Below are positions 37,530-49,556 of a stretch of 64,000 nt of DNA, piece by piece (position 1 is the first letter of the stretch; every line of letters begins with the position of its first letter). The stretch spans positions 1,295,879 through 1,359,878 of the forward strand of contig MU057801.1 of NCBI GenBank assembly GCA_013265495.1, written 5' to 3'. The stretch comes from Vicugna vicugna (lineage: Eukaryota). The notes under the pieces are model-generated. The model searched no databases, had not been told where the DNA came from, and was given only the letters and a program-made list of their open reading frames with translations. Both the position numbers and the translations under genes were made by a program.

Positions 37530-37800
37530 ATGTGACGTGGGTGACAATGGCCCAGGTTAGAGCGAGCCCCTCGTCGGCGCGTCCTGGGTGGTCGGACCCG
37601 GGCAAACACAAATACAAACCGATTGCTAAGCTGCGGACAATGAGCGAAATGTAGACAAATGTCCCGCTCCCGTTGGAAGCCTTTGTCCCCGCTCGGTTTT
37701 TGCATTTATTTCAGTGGCGAAATAATACATGATTGACGCTCTCTTTCAATGTGTCCTAACTGTTTGGAATAAATCTAAGGTTGTTCCTAGTTGTCATGGC
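37530..37800. promoter_or_regulatory. Shh/GLI-responsive neural enhancer of NKX2-2 (likely ortholog of the known upstream CRM)
   Basis: Perfect GLI consensus TGGGTGGTC 37585-37593; Sox-type ACAAT at 37544 and 37637; CCTTTGT 37680-37686; forkhead-like GCAAACACAAATAC ~37602. Position ~1.8 kb upstream of the predicted TSS fits the established mouse Nkx2-2 Gli enhancer. Confidence 0.8.
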
Positions 37801-40800
37801 ATTCAACCCTTTTCAATGGACTATCTCTTCATTCATTTCTGAATCCGTCCACAATATTAAGGAAACCCCTTCATGTGGACGCTCCCCAGTCCTCTGTTTC
37901 TCCTCCTCCTTTTCCTTTTCTCCTTTCCCCCCTCCTTTCCCCTTTCTTCCCTGCAAGAATTAGAAACTGGTTTGAATCGTGTTCCTCGAACCCATTACTT
38001 TTCGTGCTCTTTTCCCCCCTCTTTCTCTTCCCAGCCCGTCTTTCCCAGCCTCCCTCCGCCTTGTCCCCCCTCCCCCCTTCCACTCGGGAGCTCCCGGGCC
38101 CCGTCCAGTCCGAGGAGGGAAGTTGGGTCTCCAGGCGTCTCAGAGGCCCAGAGTTTGGAAACAGAGGCTGCCGGGCCTGCCCCAGCCATTGTTACTCAGC
38201 TGCTAAATAAATAACCAGCGAGGAAAAGTTCCTCAACCCAAGCTTTGCAGAAAAAAAATCCTTCTTCCTGGTCCCTCCTCTTATTCCTGTCCCAAGGGAG
38301 GGGTGACTCTTGGGGACCAGGGTAGACTCCGGGAATGGGGAAGGGCCCGAAACGATTCTGGGTGGGCCAGGCCAATTCCTGGGCTGGGTGAGAAATGGCC
38401 TTTTTGGCAAGAAGTGTCCCTTTTGCATATCCCCAGAGCCATCTTTGGGAGGGGTGTCCTCAGACCCCTCCACGGGGCCTGGTCATGTCCTCACCTCGGA
38501 ACCACCTATTTCCACCTGGCTCCCAACTTCTCCCTTCCCCCAACATAGTGGCCTTTCTCCCAGGATCGAATCAGCGCTGCCACGGCTGATAACGTCCCCT
38601 CCCTCGCATCTGGCAGAGCACCCGGGACACGACTGCTGTCCTACCCAGGGCTCCAGGCTCCTGGGAACTGATCCTGGAGAGGGAGCCTCTGCTGCCAAGG
38701 GAGGTCCCGGCCCAGTTCACAGGGGCGGGGCGTGGCCCCACACCTGCCGGATGGTCTCAACGAGCGGCAGCTCTTCCACACCTGAGGTTGCAGGGTCCCC
38801 TACCAGGAGCACTTGCGGGGCCACCCAGCCTCCGCCAGCACAGGCCGCGGTCTGGGTCTCCACTCCCTCCTCACCCTCACCTGGCTGGTTTTCCCTGCCC
38901 CTGGCCTTGGGGCCAAGGAGCTGGGAGAGAGCTGTAGGGAGGCTCCGCTAGGCTCCTCAGCCCCGCTCAGTGCCCCGGGGAGCTGAGCCCACTGTGCTCT
39001 GTGTCTTCCTCCTAGGACCTCGTGAATCCATTTTGCCCAGCACTTGGTCGACCGTGTGGTTCCCGCATATGCTTCCAAAGCGCTGACATTTGCAATTGAA
39101 AAGGCCCAGGGAGACCACTGGGAGGCCCATAATTGAAGGGGAGAAACTCGGCTTGTTAGAGGAAGATCATAAAATGCAAGTCCCCCAGGAGTGGCCTGCA
39201 GGGGACCAGCTGGCGGCCAGGGACAGGTCCAGTGCCCAAAGCACGCTCCAGGGTCTCCTGGGTCTCCTGGGTCTCCTGCAACCCAAAGAGCGGGGCCAGG
39301 CACCAAAAGCACTTATCCACACAAATTAAACAGGTGATTGCCCCTGGAGGGCTCCGCAAGAGGTCTTGCTGGGAGCAGCACAGCCTGGCCTTTTCCAGCT
39401 GGGGGTCTCCTGCCTGGCGAGGTCCTGCACACCCAGCAGGCTGACAGGGCCGAGCCCCGTGCCCCTGGCCTGCTCCAGAGCCCTCCATTAATGTCTCTGC
39501 TATCCCCACCCTGTCAGCTCTGAACAGTGTCCTCTGGCATCAGGTCAGCTGTAGGATGTGCTCTAGTCTCCTTATCTTGGGATTCTTTAGTAAATCCTTT
39601 CCAGGTTCCATCTTGCAGCCAGGAGAGGACAGTGTGCTGGCTTCCATCATGTTTGGCTTTGGGTCTGGGCTCTGCGTAAGGCGTCGGGGGAGGGTCAGAG
39701 TGCTCAGACTTGGTCCTTCCGCTGCGAACTTGGGAAGAAGTTTAGACGGGCGCTGAAGTTTGATGGCAGCTGTTCTGCGCCAGAGGGAGACACGTTTAGC
39801 TCTCTTGGCTGTGCGACCACCACCTAGTACCCCTGCCAGAGTCACCCGAGTAGACAGAGGTCCCCTGCCACAGATTTTTATCCTCAGTGTTGGGGCTCCA
39901 AGTTCCTTACAAATCTCTAACATCCCTTCTTCCTCGGTTCAGGACTAGCGCAGAGGGAGTCACAGGCCCCTAGGAGCGGTGGGGGAGAGCAGGAAGGGAG
40001 TCTCCCTCCCTGGAGGTTGGAAGGAACCTTCTTAGGAGGCCTCTCAGGCCACTAAGCTCATCTGCCCCTCCGGGTTCCCGAGGGATGGAAGCGCAGGCGC
40101 CGGGGAGGGCGCGGAGAGCTCAACCGCCGCTAGAGGCCCAGGCGGGAGGCGAGTGTACACAGGCTAAGTGGCCCCACTCCAGGACAAGTGGCCCTCCAAG
40201 TCTGCCCAGTGTTTACCTGTTTACTTTCCCAGGTGGCTCAAACACGAACGCCTTTTCTGAGCTCCGGAACATGGGGGCGGCCCCAGGCGCCCCTGGCCCA
40301 GTCCCAAGCGTCCTCACCCTGGGCTTCACGACCCCTGTTGGGGGCGGGGGGTCTCTAAACCGCAGCGGACAAGGCAAGACAGGAAGGCACTTTGGGAAAG
40401 TGAGGAGAGGCCTGGGCACACCCCACTTGTGGGAGCCTGCCTTGGGGTGCCTGTGGGTGAGGCGGGCGTTCCAGGGTGCACCTAGCACCCCCTTGCCCCA
40501 TCAGTCTATCCCTGAAGGCCTCTTGGCTTGGAGGCCTCTTGGGAGGCACTCTGCTCACATCTTTCTCCTTTCAGCCTGGTGAGACCTTGCTGGGTAGGTG
40601 TCTCCTCCAGAGGATTTTGGGGGCAGGAAAAGCCCTGGGGAGGGCACCTTGAGGGTCCACTGTAAAGGGGCGGTGGCCTTGAGGAACCTGAAGCCTCGGC
40701 GGCGCCCCTCATCCTCCCCACCCACAAAAGCGCTTCCATCATTAAAAATACAAGGTCTTTCCCATTATTTGGAAAGGCTGATTTGACTTCCTTTCGTTTC

Positions 40801-42549
40801 TTTCTTTTTTGGAATGAAAAGAGGCTGAAAAGAAACTCCTTCCCTGGTGCAGTACGTGGCTGAGCTCTCGCCCCCTTCCCCCTCCCATCTCAGATAACAG
40901 CCTTCAAGTGGATTAGTTTATTGTCTGGTTAGCGCCAAGGTGCAAGCGTTTGTCTTCATTCACTCCAGAGACAAAGCGCGTTGCACCTTCCTTCTCCGCG
41001 AGGATTAGCAGCGGACACAAAGGTTTTGTTGGAGGAGGTTTATTTTCTCTCGGGTGTGGAGGCTGACATGCACTCGAAATCAGTGGGGAAGGAAAATGTC
41101 GCCCAATCTGGTCCGAGAGCTCGGCTATAAAGACGCCCACCTTTAAGATTCGCTCCTCCGAGGCGGCCCACGGTGGCTCCAACTTCGGGGAGGGGGGCGC
41201 TACAAAAAGCAAGGGGTGCCAGATGAAAGAATTCAGGAGTATGGCCTAGGGTGCCACCCCAAGCAGCACCTTTCCCACCTAGAAAATGAAAGGCAGGCTA
41301 GTCTCTGGTAGGTCCTAGCACCAATTGGCATCACCTTCTGCCCCCGGAGAAGGAAGCAGAGGTCCCTGGAAGTCCCTGCGGCCTGGGGGAGGGCGTGTGT
41401 GACAGAGTGGAGTGGCTGGGTGGGGGAGGCCTACAGCCCTGTGTGAGGCCAGATCAGGACAGGTGCAAGTCTCTGGCAGAAGAGACACGCAGCCATTGGA
41501 CAGATGGACCAGAAGGTAGAGACTGGTGAGAAGGGAAAGGAAACCCCAGCCCACAATGAGTTCAAGCCTAAGGTGAGTTTTTTTTTTCTTTCTTTGATTT
41601 ATATTGTGTTAACACAGCACGGGAAGAGTGAGGGCACCCTCTGGGACAGCCCACCCAAATCGCCAAGAAGATGCTGGGCGGAGAGGTTCTCCAGGCCCAG
41701 AGGCAGAGCTCAGTCCTGCATCTCAGAACCCTCTCCCACACCTTCCCCCAAGCCTCAGGAGCTTTCTAAAGCCTTGGAGAGAAGAATTGGTCTTGGGACC
41801 CAGAGCCTGGAGCCCCCCTGCAATTAACTGTGGGTGCAGGATGCAGGCACCCGGGCAAGCTATCTCCCCCCTATTCTTCTTCAAGGTGAAATACACAACA
41901 CTTTCCCAATTATATGCCTAAAAAAAAAAAAGGCAGACATCTCCCGAGGATATAAATTGTAATAGAAATTAGGATTTCTCTTTCTATTAATCAGCCTCAT
42001 TGTGTGGGCGTAAGACCCCGTGGACATATGCTAGGACTTTGATAAATGGGCTTTAATGAGATCTTTGAAAATGCATCCAATAAAATAAAAGGCGAGAAAA
42101 GCCGTTTAACTTTCATGGATGTTAAATTGAACACGAAATGTGGCTCGGGGCACGCTGCAAAATGGAACCGGCCTTCCTCCAATATTTTCTTTAAAAACGT
42201 AGCTCTAAGCCCCCCTTAGGCCAAATGAGCCTGTCCCAGCCAATCCATTGTCACCGGTTTATTGGGGAACCAAACACCACGTCCCCCCAGGCGAACCCCT
42301 TTGCTTTATTCGTTCGCGCGGCTCTAATGATTAAACATGTTACAAGGAGATTACGCGTCGTCAGTGTTGCCTTCGGGAACGTTCTTCCAGCCCAGCTAGC
42401 CCTTCCCCCGATTAGGGCGATTTCAAGGTAGGAGACTTGGGTTTCTCCAGGAAAGACGGCGCCGAAAGCACGTTCTTATCTGAATTTACTTAACACGTGA
42501 CAAAGCCGTACCACAGGACTTCGAAAAACAAGAGGCCTCTCCTAACGGG

Positions 42550-44750
42550 TTAGTATCCGGCACCTCAAGCTGGGCCGGGGGGCGATGGGGGGGGCTCATG
42601 TAGCCTTCGCCCGCGCAAGGCAGGCGCCCTCCCAGCCTGCGCGGAACCTGGGAGCCGGGGCCGGGAGCACGAGGCGCCGACCCGCGAGGGCTCTCGGGCA
42701 CCAGAGGGAGGGTGTTCCCTCTTGTTTCTCCCGTATGAGCACCGGAGGTCCACAGCCCTCCTCCAGACGCAACGCCCCCTTTCCATCCTCCGAGCGCCAC
42801 CAAGATCGAGAAGGCGCGAGAGGCGCGCCAGAGGGCCTCCTTGCAGTGTGTGTGTGTGTCCGTGCGCGCGCGCGGGGTGGGGGGAGCAGAGGGGGCGCCC
42901 CTCGGAGACCAGGGCTTCTGCAAACCCACCGAGGCCCATTCCTGATCCTCTGGCGAGCTCTACCGACGCAAACGAGAACTGTCCGGCTCCCCTCCAAGTC
43001 CAGGCTTGAGCCGCCTCCCCAGAGACCCCCGACCCTGACTCGGGCCCCAGCCCTTGCCCTTCCTGCCTGCGACTCCCGCTCCTTACCCTCCTCCTCGCCC
43101 GAACCCCGGGGCCCAGTTCCGCCCGAGGAGAACCGCTTTCTCCAATAGGCGCCATCGCCAAATTACCTTTGGGATCTCGCCTCTGCCTGCAACCCCCATC
43201 CCGAGCGCCCGCGCCCACCGGGGAGACTTACCCGGCAGAAGGGGTGCCGGGCTGCGCCCTTCCAGGCAGCGGCCCGGGCGGCCCGGGAGGCCCCGGAGCC
43301 TCGGGAGCTGGCAGCGGGGAGGGGCCCGAGGCGCGTGGCGCGCCCGCTCCGCCTCCCACTCCCGGCGCTGCGGCGACAGCCCCGCCGCATCTCCGGGCGC
43401 GCCTTTATCTAGTCCCCCACCTACCCGGACCCCCCTTCCAGCGCTCCCCTCCCCCGCCGCGCCCTCCCGGGCGGGGCTCCAAGCCCTGGCGCGCCGCTCC
43501 TCCCCGCGCTCCCCGCTGCCCGCACCTGCCGGCCCCCGGCGGTCCGGCTCCCCGGGTGCGCGGCGGCGGGAGCACCTGGCCTGGGCCACAGGTAAAACTT
43601 TTCCCGGCTGCGGGCGCGGCGGGCGGGGCCCGGCCCCTCCCCGAGCTCCCCTCTCGTGACCAGCGGAGCCGCTGGCGGACTTGAGACGCCCGGCACTTGC
43701 CCACCTGCTGCTTCCAAACCCCGCGGCCGGGCGACCGAGCCGAGGCAGGAGCCGCGAGAGGGAGCAGCGCAGGCGGGCGCGCGGGGACGCCGAGCCCGGC
43801 ACACCCGGGCGGGGCCGGCGGGACCCCAGACCCCTCTCCCCCGGCCCGCCGCGGGGCCCCGGCCCCGAGCGCGTTCCGGTCCCCGGCGGCTGCGGAGGCC
43901 CGCGCGGGGCTGGGGCTGCATCGAGGGGGAGCGAGGGTGCGCGCCGACAGCCGGGGGGTGGGGGGGAGACGCCGGGCTCCGGTGCGGCTCCCCGCGCAGC
44001 CGCGCGCCCAGCACTCGGAGACCACCCCCGGCCGCGCGCGCGAGCGGCAGGCTCACCTGGAGCGCGGCTGCGCCGGGAGCCCCGGGCCCGCGAGCGCGTA
44101 GATCCCCGTCCGCTCTTTATCCTGAGCTGCGGGCGGCTGCGGAGCCGCGGGCGCTCGGGCAGTGGCGCGGCGAGCTCTCCCCCTCCCGGCTCCGGCTCCC
44201 GGCCCGGTGGCCCCACCCTCCCCGCTCCGGCCCCGCGGCCGCCGCGCAGCCCCAGCGGAGGGGGCCGCTCCCCCGCGCCGCGCGCTCTGTTTGTTTTCCT
44301 TGCCCGACTGACGTGAGTCAAAATATTGGCCATATGTTCAGCGGTAATAAATTGGGTATGAGCGCAAACACACTTGGGCTTCGATGGCTCTTTCAGCTGC
44401 CACATGGCCCGCTTGGAGGTAGGGGGGCTGCCACCTTGCCGCGGCCGCCACCCTAAACAGAGGGCAGGTCCCTCTCCTGAGCGCCCCTCCCGAGCTGGAG
44501 ATCTGGGATCCCTGGGCTCTCCCGTCCGTCGCCCCTCCGCCGTCCCCAGCCACGCCTCGGACCTCGCAGCTCCAGGCCAGCCCGGGCTGCTGCCTAACAA
44601 GGTCGCCATCTATAAATTGCTCGGTCGCTAAGACGCCATAAAATCGAAGGGCCAGATGTGGCACGTTATTTATGTGTGAAACCGCGTTTACTCTAGATAT
44701 GCCATCCAAGGCTGATAGCACGGCTTGGCGGGAGGTCACGGACCTCTCGC
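42550..44750. other. Upstream CpG island (candidate distal promoter region)
   Basis: Extremely GC/CpG-rich stretch with CRE/AP-1/CCAAT motifs at ~44309-44329; boundaries by eye. Confidence 0.8.
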
Positions 44751-47429
44751 CCCAGGCTCCTGGCTCCTCCCCCCGCACCCTCCCCTCCAGATCCAGGGAT
44801 GTTGGTCTTTCTGGGAAAGGGATTCAGCTCTGCCACCTAGGAAGAAAGTGATTTCAGTGCACTTGTGCCAAGGTGCCACCTGTCCAAGGATTGGAAGCAG
44901 CCTCTGGGATTTATTTCTGGAGTTTTCTGTTCTTTTTTTTTTTCTTCTTCTATAGGGCCTGTGAGGCTGGTTTATTTTCCAGACAGTTGATGTGTCCCAT
45001 GGGACTGTGGTCTGAGCGAGAGGTGGTATTTGAAAACTGAAGTTGCTCAACCCTGCAGCTGGGTGGGATGTAAGGGTGAGGCCTCCTGACCCCCTAGGGA
45101 GGGATTTTTTGTTTTTTTGAGAAGAGGCAGAGCTGGAAGTGGGAACAGATCACCTGGCTGAGGGAGCACCTGGGATCATCCCTGCCTCATGCCTGACTGT
45201 GCACTCCAGTGTCACATGTCACCCACCTTATTCAAATCAAATGGCAGGCAAGGCACTCAGACAGAGGCCATCGTGCCTTGGATGTGAAACCCGAGCCGCC
45301 CTGTGTGATTCTGGAAAGAGAGGCCAACACTGTGGAGTAATAGAAACAATTGTTTCATTTTTCTCCTCCAGAAGGCGGCCTCCGGACTGCACGTCCCCAA
45401 ACTGGTCACCTCACATGAATTCATTAAGAGTCATTGTCTCTCCTGTGCCATTACTTTACTATTTCTTGAAGTGAACCAAATTCTCTCTGTGGTTAATAAG
45501 CACTGAGCTGGGCCCCCTACCTTCCTTTTCATCTTCAAAACACCTGGGGTTCCCTGAATGACATCTTCCATCTGGCCAAGGAAAATCAGAGATGAAAAAT
45601 GTTGCCCTACTGCCGGGAAAAACATAAGCATTTGGCACCACTATTACAAGTTACCCTGGGTCTGTGTTCACTGGATAACTGTCCTTAGTGGCAGGTAAGG
45701 GGGGGGGGAATGATGCTGTTGAAAAGGGTGGGAGAGAAGAAGAGAAAGGATGTGGGGTGAGGGAGGAGGAGGGACCTATTCAACAGGTGCAAAAAAGAGC
45801 TATAAAATGTACCTCTTAACCCTAAGTGCTGAGCACCAACCGTGCCTCTCCAGATCCGCTCTCCTGGGCCTTAGAGCGAGCTCCCAGAAATCCTCAGTTA
45901 CCACGGAGAAACCTGGGGCTCCACTCAAGCCTGCAGGAGCTGTTAATCTTGGAAAATTACTACTGCATTGCACTCTTGTTTTTTTCTTGGATTTTAAGTC
46001 TTTATTTACGGTTCAAAACAAAATCAAAGTGCAGTTTGCAATTCACATCACCTCCCATGTAAACTCTGTGATCACCGGTAAAGCACGTCTTTGGGTGAAA
46101 CTGTTGCTTTGTGCTCCAAACTGGACAAGGGGATTTGAAGACAACCTTCATCTGTGTAGTTCTCCCTGGGAGGGGCAGCTCTGTCTGACGAGTGCCCCAC
46201 GGACAGGCTCGTGCTCTCCCCCTGCCCATGTCACTGATAACGGCTATGCAGTGAGCAGGGACATGAGCTTAGGAAGTCGGTGTTTGGTGGTCTCATGTGG
46301 AACACTAAGAGACATGAAGCAAAGGGTACATCGAAGTCAGTCTTTATGTAATTCCCTTTTGGAGAAAAATTAAAAATAGCAAAAGTACCAAGGCACCAAC
46401 TAGGTAATTGAAAACAAAAACCTGTTACTAAGGCGATGCGGCGGAGGGCACGATTTAGGTGAAGCACACTTGCTCAGGTGAACGCACCCGTGCTCTCTCT
46501 GGGCTTAGCTAGCGATCCAGTGCTGAGCTCCAAGCATCCTTAGACCTGAACAGATTTCAAACAGTGACTTTTCTTAGTTCCATGATCTTTATGCTATTAT
46601 TACTTCAGAGACATTCCTGTTCTACCCATGGACTCAAAATTCATGGGCTTTGTCGCTGGAAAAGCTTTCCTCCACACAGTTCCCCAGCGGTACCACTAGC
46701 TGCCAGGTGCTTGTTTTGTTTCCCTCTGGGAGTAAGCAGTTCTCGGAACTTACAAGTAAAACATCAACCAAAACCAAACCTTGAGACTGCTTTGGCCCCG
46801 GCTAGGAAGGGTGTAGTTGCATTGTCTTGAGGAGAGTTACACAGTGGTTCCCGCGGAGGGAGTTCCTTCCTCTTCCCAGCTTCTTGGGCCACTACGAGGT
46901 CCGGTCAATCAAGGAAGGCAGGTGCCTTGTTTGTGCTTTCCTCGGGCATCCTGCTTGGTGGCCAGAGGAGCCCAGGGGAGGTGAGAGCCAAGATGCACAT
47001 GGAGGGAGGTCAATGCCCCCCACCCCCGACAACGGGGGCTGTCACAAAGTGTGGTGCACCTGCAAGTATCATCATAATGCAAATGGAGTGTGGAAGAGAC
47101 TCTGTAGATGGTGATGCCCCTTCCAGGACCTTCAGCAAGTGAAAGGGTCACCTGAGCTCTTCCGGCATGGAAGCCTGGTCCACTTTATCTGAAACCAGAC
47201 TGGCTTCTTTCCCTCCATGCATCCATCAGCAGAGCCAGAGGGCAGAAACCATGGTGTAATGAGGCTCTTGGGTTCCCAGAGGCTGAGAATGACACCAGCT
47301 CCCTCCCATCTCCTGCAGAGAACCGGGGAGAGCAAACACAGCGGGATGCGGAACATTTTGTTAAAAGCATTGGCAGCGGCCAAGGAATTTGGTGCCATGT
47401 GTCAGACCTTCAAGAAGTAAAAATCAAGT

Positions 47430-47665
47430 GCATCTAGAGATAGAAAGCAGACCAGTGGCTGCCTGAGGCCGGGAGGCACCGGGTATCCTGGGGGGTGATG
47501 GCTAAGCGGTGTGAGATTTCTTTTTGGGAAAATGACAGTGTTCTAAAAATGATGGTGGTGATGACCACACAACTCTGAATACACTAAAAGCCACTGACTT
47601 GTGCACACTAAATTGGGTGAATTGTATGGTATGTGAATTGTATGTCAAGAAAGCTGTTCAAAAAA
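47430..47665 (+). mobile_element. Old L1 (L1MB-like) 3' terminus
   Basis: gggtgaattgtatggtatgtgaattgtatgtcaagaaagctgtt followed by an A-run matches the recalled L1MB 3' end. Confidence 0.8.
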
Positions 47666-48247
47666 TCAAACTTATCTCTTTTTTCACCCAGGCTAGAAGG
47701 TGCTGGGCTAGAAGGCAGGAGAGAATGTGGGAGTTTGTGGAAGACAGGTGATCCTCAAAGCTGTTTCTCGTCTTCCCAATTTTCATTCTGAGTATTTTCA
47801 AACATACACAAAAAGTTGAGAGAGCAAACATTTGTATGCCCTGGACTTGGATTCAACAATTGTTCGCATTTTGCTACATATGATTATCACTCTATATAAA
47901 TGCATTTTTTTGGTTGAACTAGTTGGAATTAAGGTTGTAAACACCATAATACTTTTTTCCCCACTGAATATTTCAGCATGCATCGCCTAAGAATAGACAG
48001 TCTTCAACATAATCACAATACCATTACCACGCTTCAGAAAATTAGCAATAATTGCATCATTTATCTGATATTTATTCCTTATTCAAATTTCTTGAATTTT
48101 ACCACCCCCAAAATACATTTTCATAGCTAGTTAATTTCTTCCAAACCCAGGACCTATTCAAGGTTCATGTCCTGCACGGCTGCATTTGATTTTTTTTATT
48201 TTAGTTTTTTATGTCCTAATTCTCTTAACTTACAATAGTCTTTTTTG

Positions 48248-48350
48248 TCTTCCTCCCTCCCTCCTTCCCTTCATTCCTTCCTCTCTCCCTCACTCACTCA
48301 CTTCCTTCCTTCCTCCCTTCCTTCCTTCCTTCCTTCCCTCCCTCCTTTCT
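48248..48350. repeat. CT-rich low-complexity repeat with (CTTC)3-CTCC-(CTTC)5
   Basis: Read directly at 48301-48336. Confidence 0.9.
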
Positions 48351-49179
48351 GGCATTGACTTTGGAGAACCCAGATCATTTGGAGAACGCCCTCCTCCCCT
48401 TCCTGGACTTCCCAGACTGTTTTCTCCTGGTGTCATTTCCCCTGCTCCTCTACCCCCTTCACAGCCACAAACTGGATGCTAGATCTGGAGTCTGGATTAG
48501 GTCCATGCTTTGCATTCGTGATGGGAATGCCACGTGGCTGGTATGCCACGTTGCATGTTGCTTGGAAGCACAGCACATCCCTCTATTAGTGAGACTAAAT
48601 TTGATCACTTGGTTGAGGTGGTGATCGCCGTACTGTCCTGTGTGAATTAATACAAGACGAGTCAGTAACCTTAGGGGTAAGCGATGCTTCCGCACAGTTT
48701 CAGGGCTCTTTGTCACTGTGTCCCCACAACCTGCATCCGGTGGGTTTTAGCGCCCGTTGCCTGGATTCTATTGCTCTGTTGGTATTTTTCTGAAAGAAGA
48801 GCTTTCTTTCCTTCAGCCCATGGAAGGAAAGGAAGCTCAAGGAGTGAACAATTTCAATGTTGTAAGCAATTAACACCGTTCTTTTGATGCTTAGATTATC
48901 CCAACTGTCCAGGGCGCAGCAGTGGGAGAAGTCAGACAAAGAAAATGAGGAGGAACGTGGAGGAGACCATGAGCCTGCAGAATTAGTGGGCTTTGGTGGT
49001 TCTTGGCAACCCATGTCATCATGGGCGGCTTCTGTGTCTATTTCCAGCTAGCAGTGGACGGCTCCTCGCAACCACAGAGAAAGCCCACGGCTCCAGGGAG
49101 TCCAAACGTGTTCCAGCTGCAAACGACTCATATACTGAATGTACCTCAGTTACATGTGTCACCATTAAAGCAAAAGGAA

Positions 49180-49556
49180 AGAGACTGATTTTTAAGGAAT
49201 CGGTTACATGTAAGCACACAGGAATAGCAGCTTGAAGTTTCAGTTCTGCAGGGTGGGCCGGCGGGCTGGAGACCCAGGGAGAGCCGACGTTGCCGTTAAG
49301 TCTGAAACGGTCAGGCTGGAGAACCTCCTCCTGCCTCGGCGAGGGAGACACAGCCTTCGCTGTGCTCAGGCCTTGCCTTCAGCTGACTGGAGGCGGCCTG
49401 CTCCCATGGCAGAGGGCTACCTGTCTCACTCAGAGTCTACTGATTAAAAGGCCAGTCTTGTTCAAACACATCCTCACAGAAACCTCCAGACTAGTGTCTG
49501 GCCACATGTGTGGGTCCCATGGCCCAGCCAAGTTGGCCCATAAAATTAACCACCCC
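49180..49556 (-). mobile_element. MLT2 (ERVL) LTR
   Basis: ggctggagacccagggagag..., catcctcacagaaacctccaga..., ggcccagccaagttggcccataaaattaacca. Confidence 0.75.

Larger units (their letters stand above)
33600..37720. other. CpG island over NKX2-2 gene body and promoter
   Basis: Visibly very high GC and CpG density; boundaries estimated by eye. Confidence 0.85.

Noticed and set aside
39250..39278. Short tandem repeat of a 9-bp unit x3 (also a 7-bp unit at ~58985-59010)
   Set aside because: Simple slippage repeats with no spacers; not CRISPR-like and no sign of function.
43083..44609. 508-aa minus-strand ORF and many overlapping ORFs
   Set aside because: Low-complexity R/G/P/A translation in all frames of a CpG island; stops are rare from GC content alone and no domain is recognisable.
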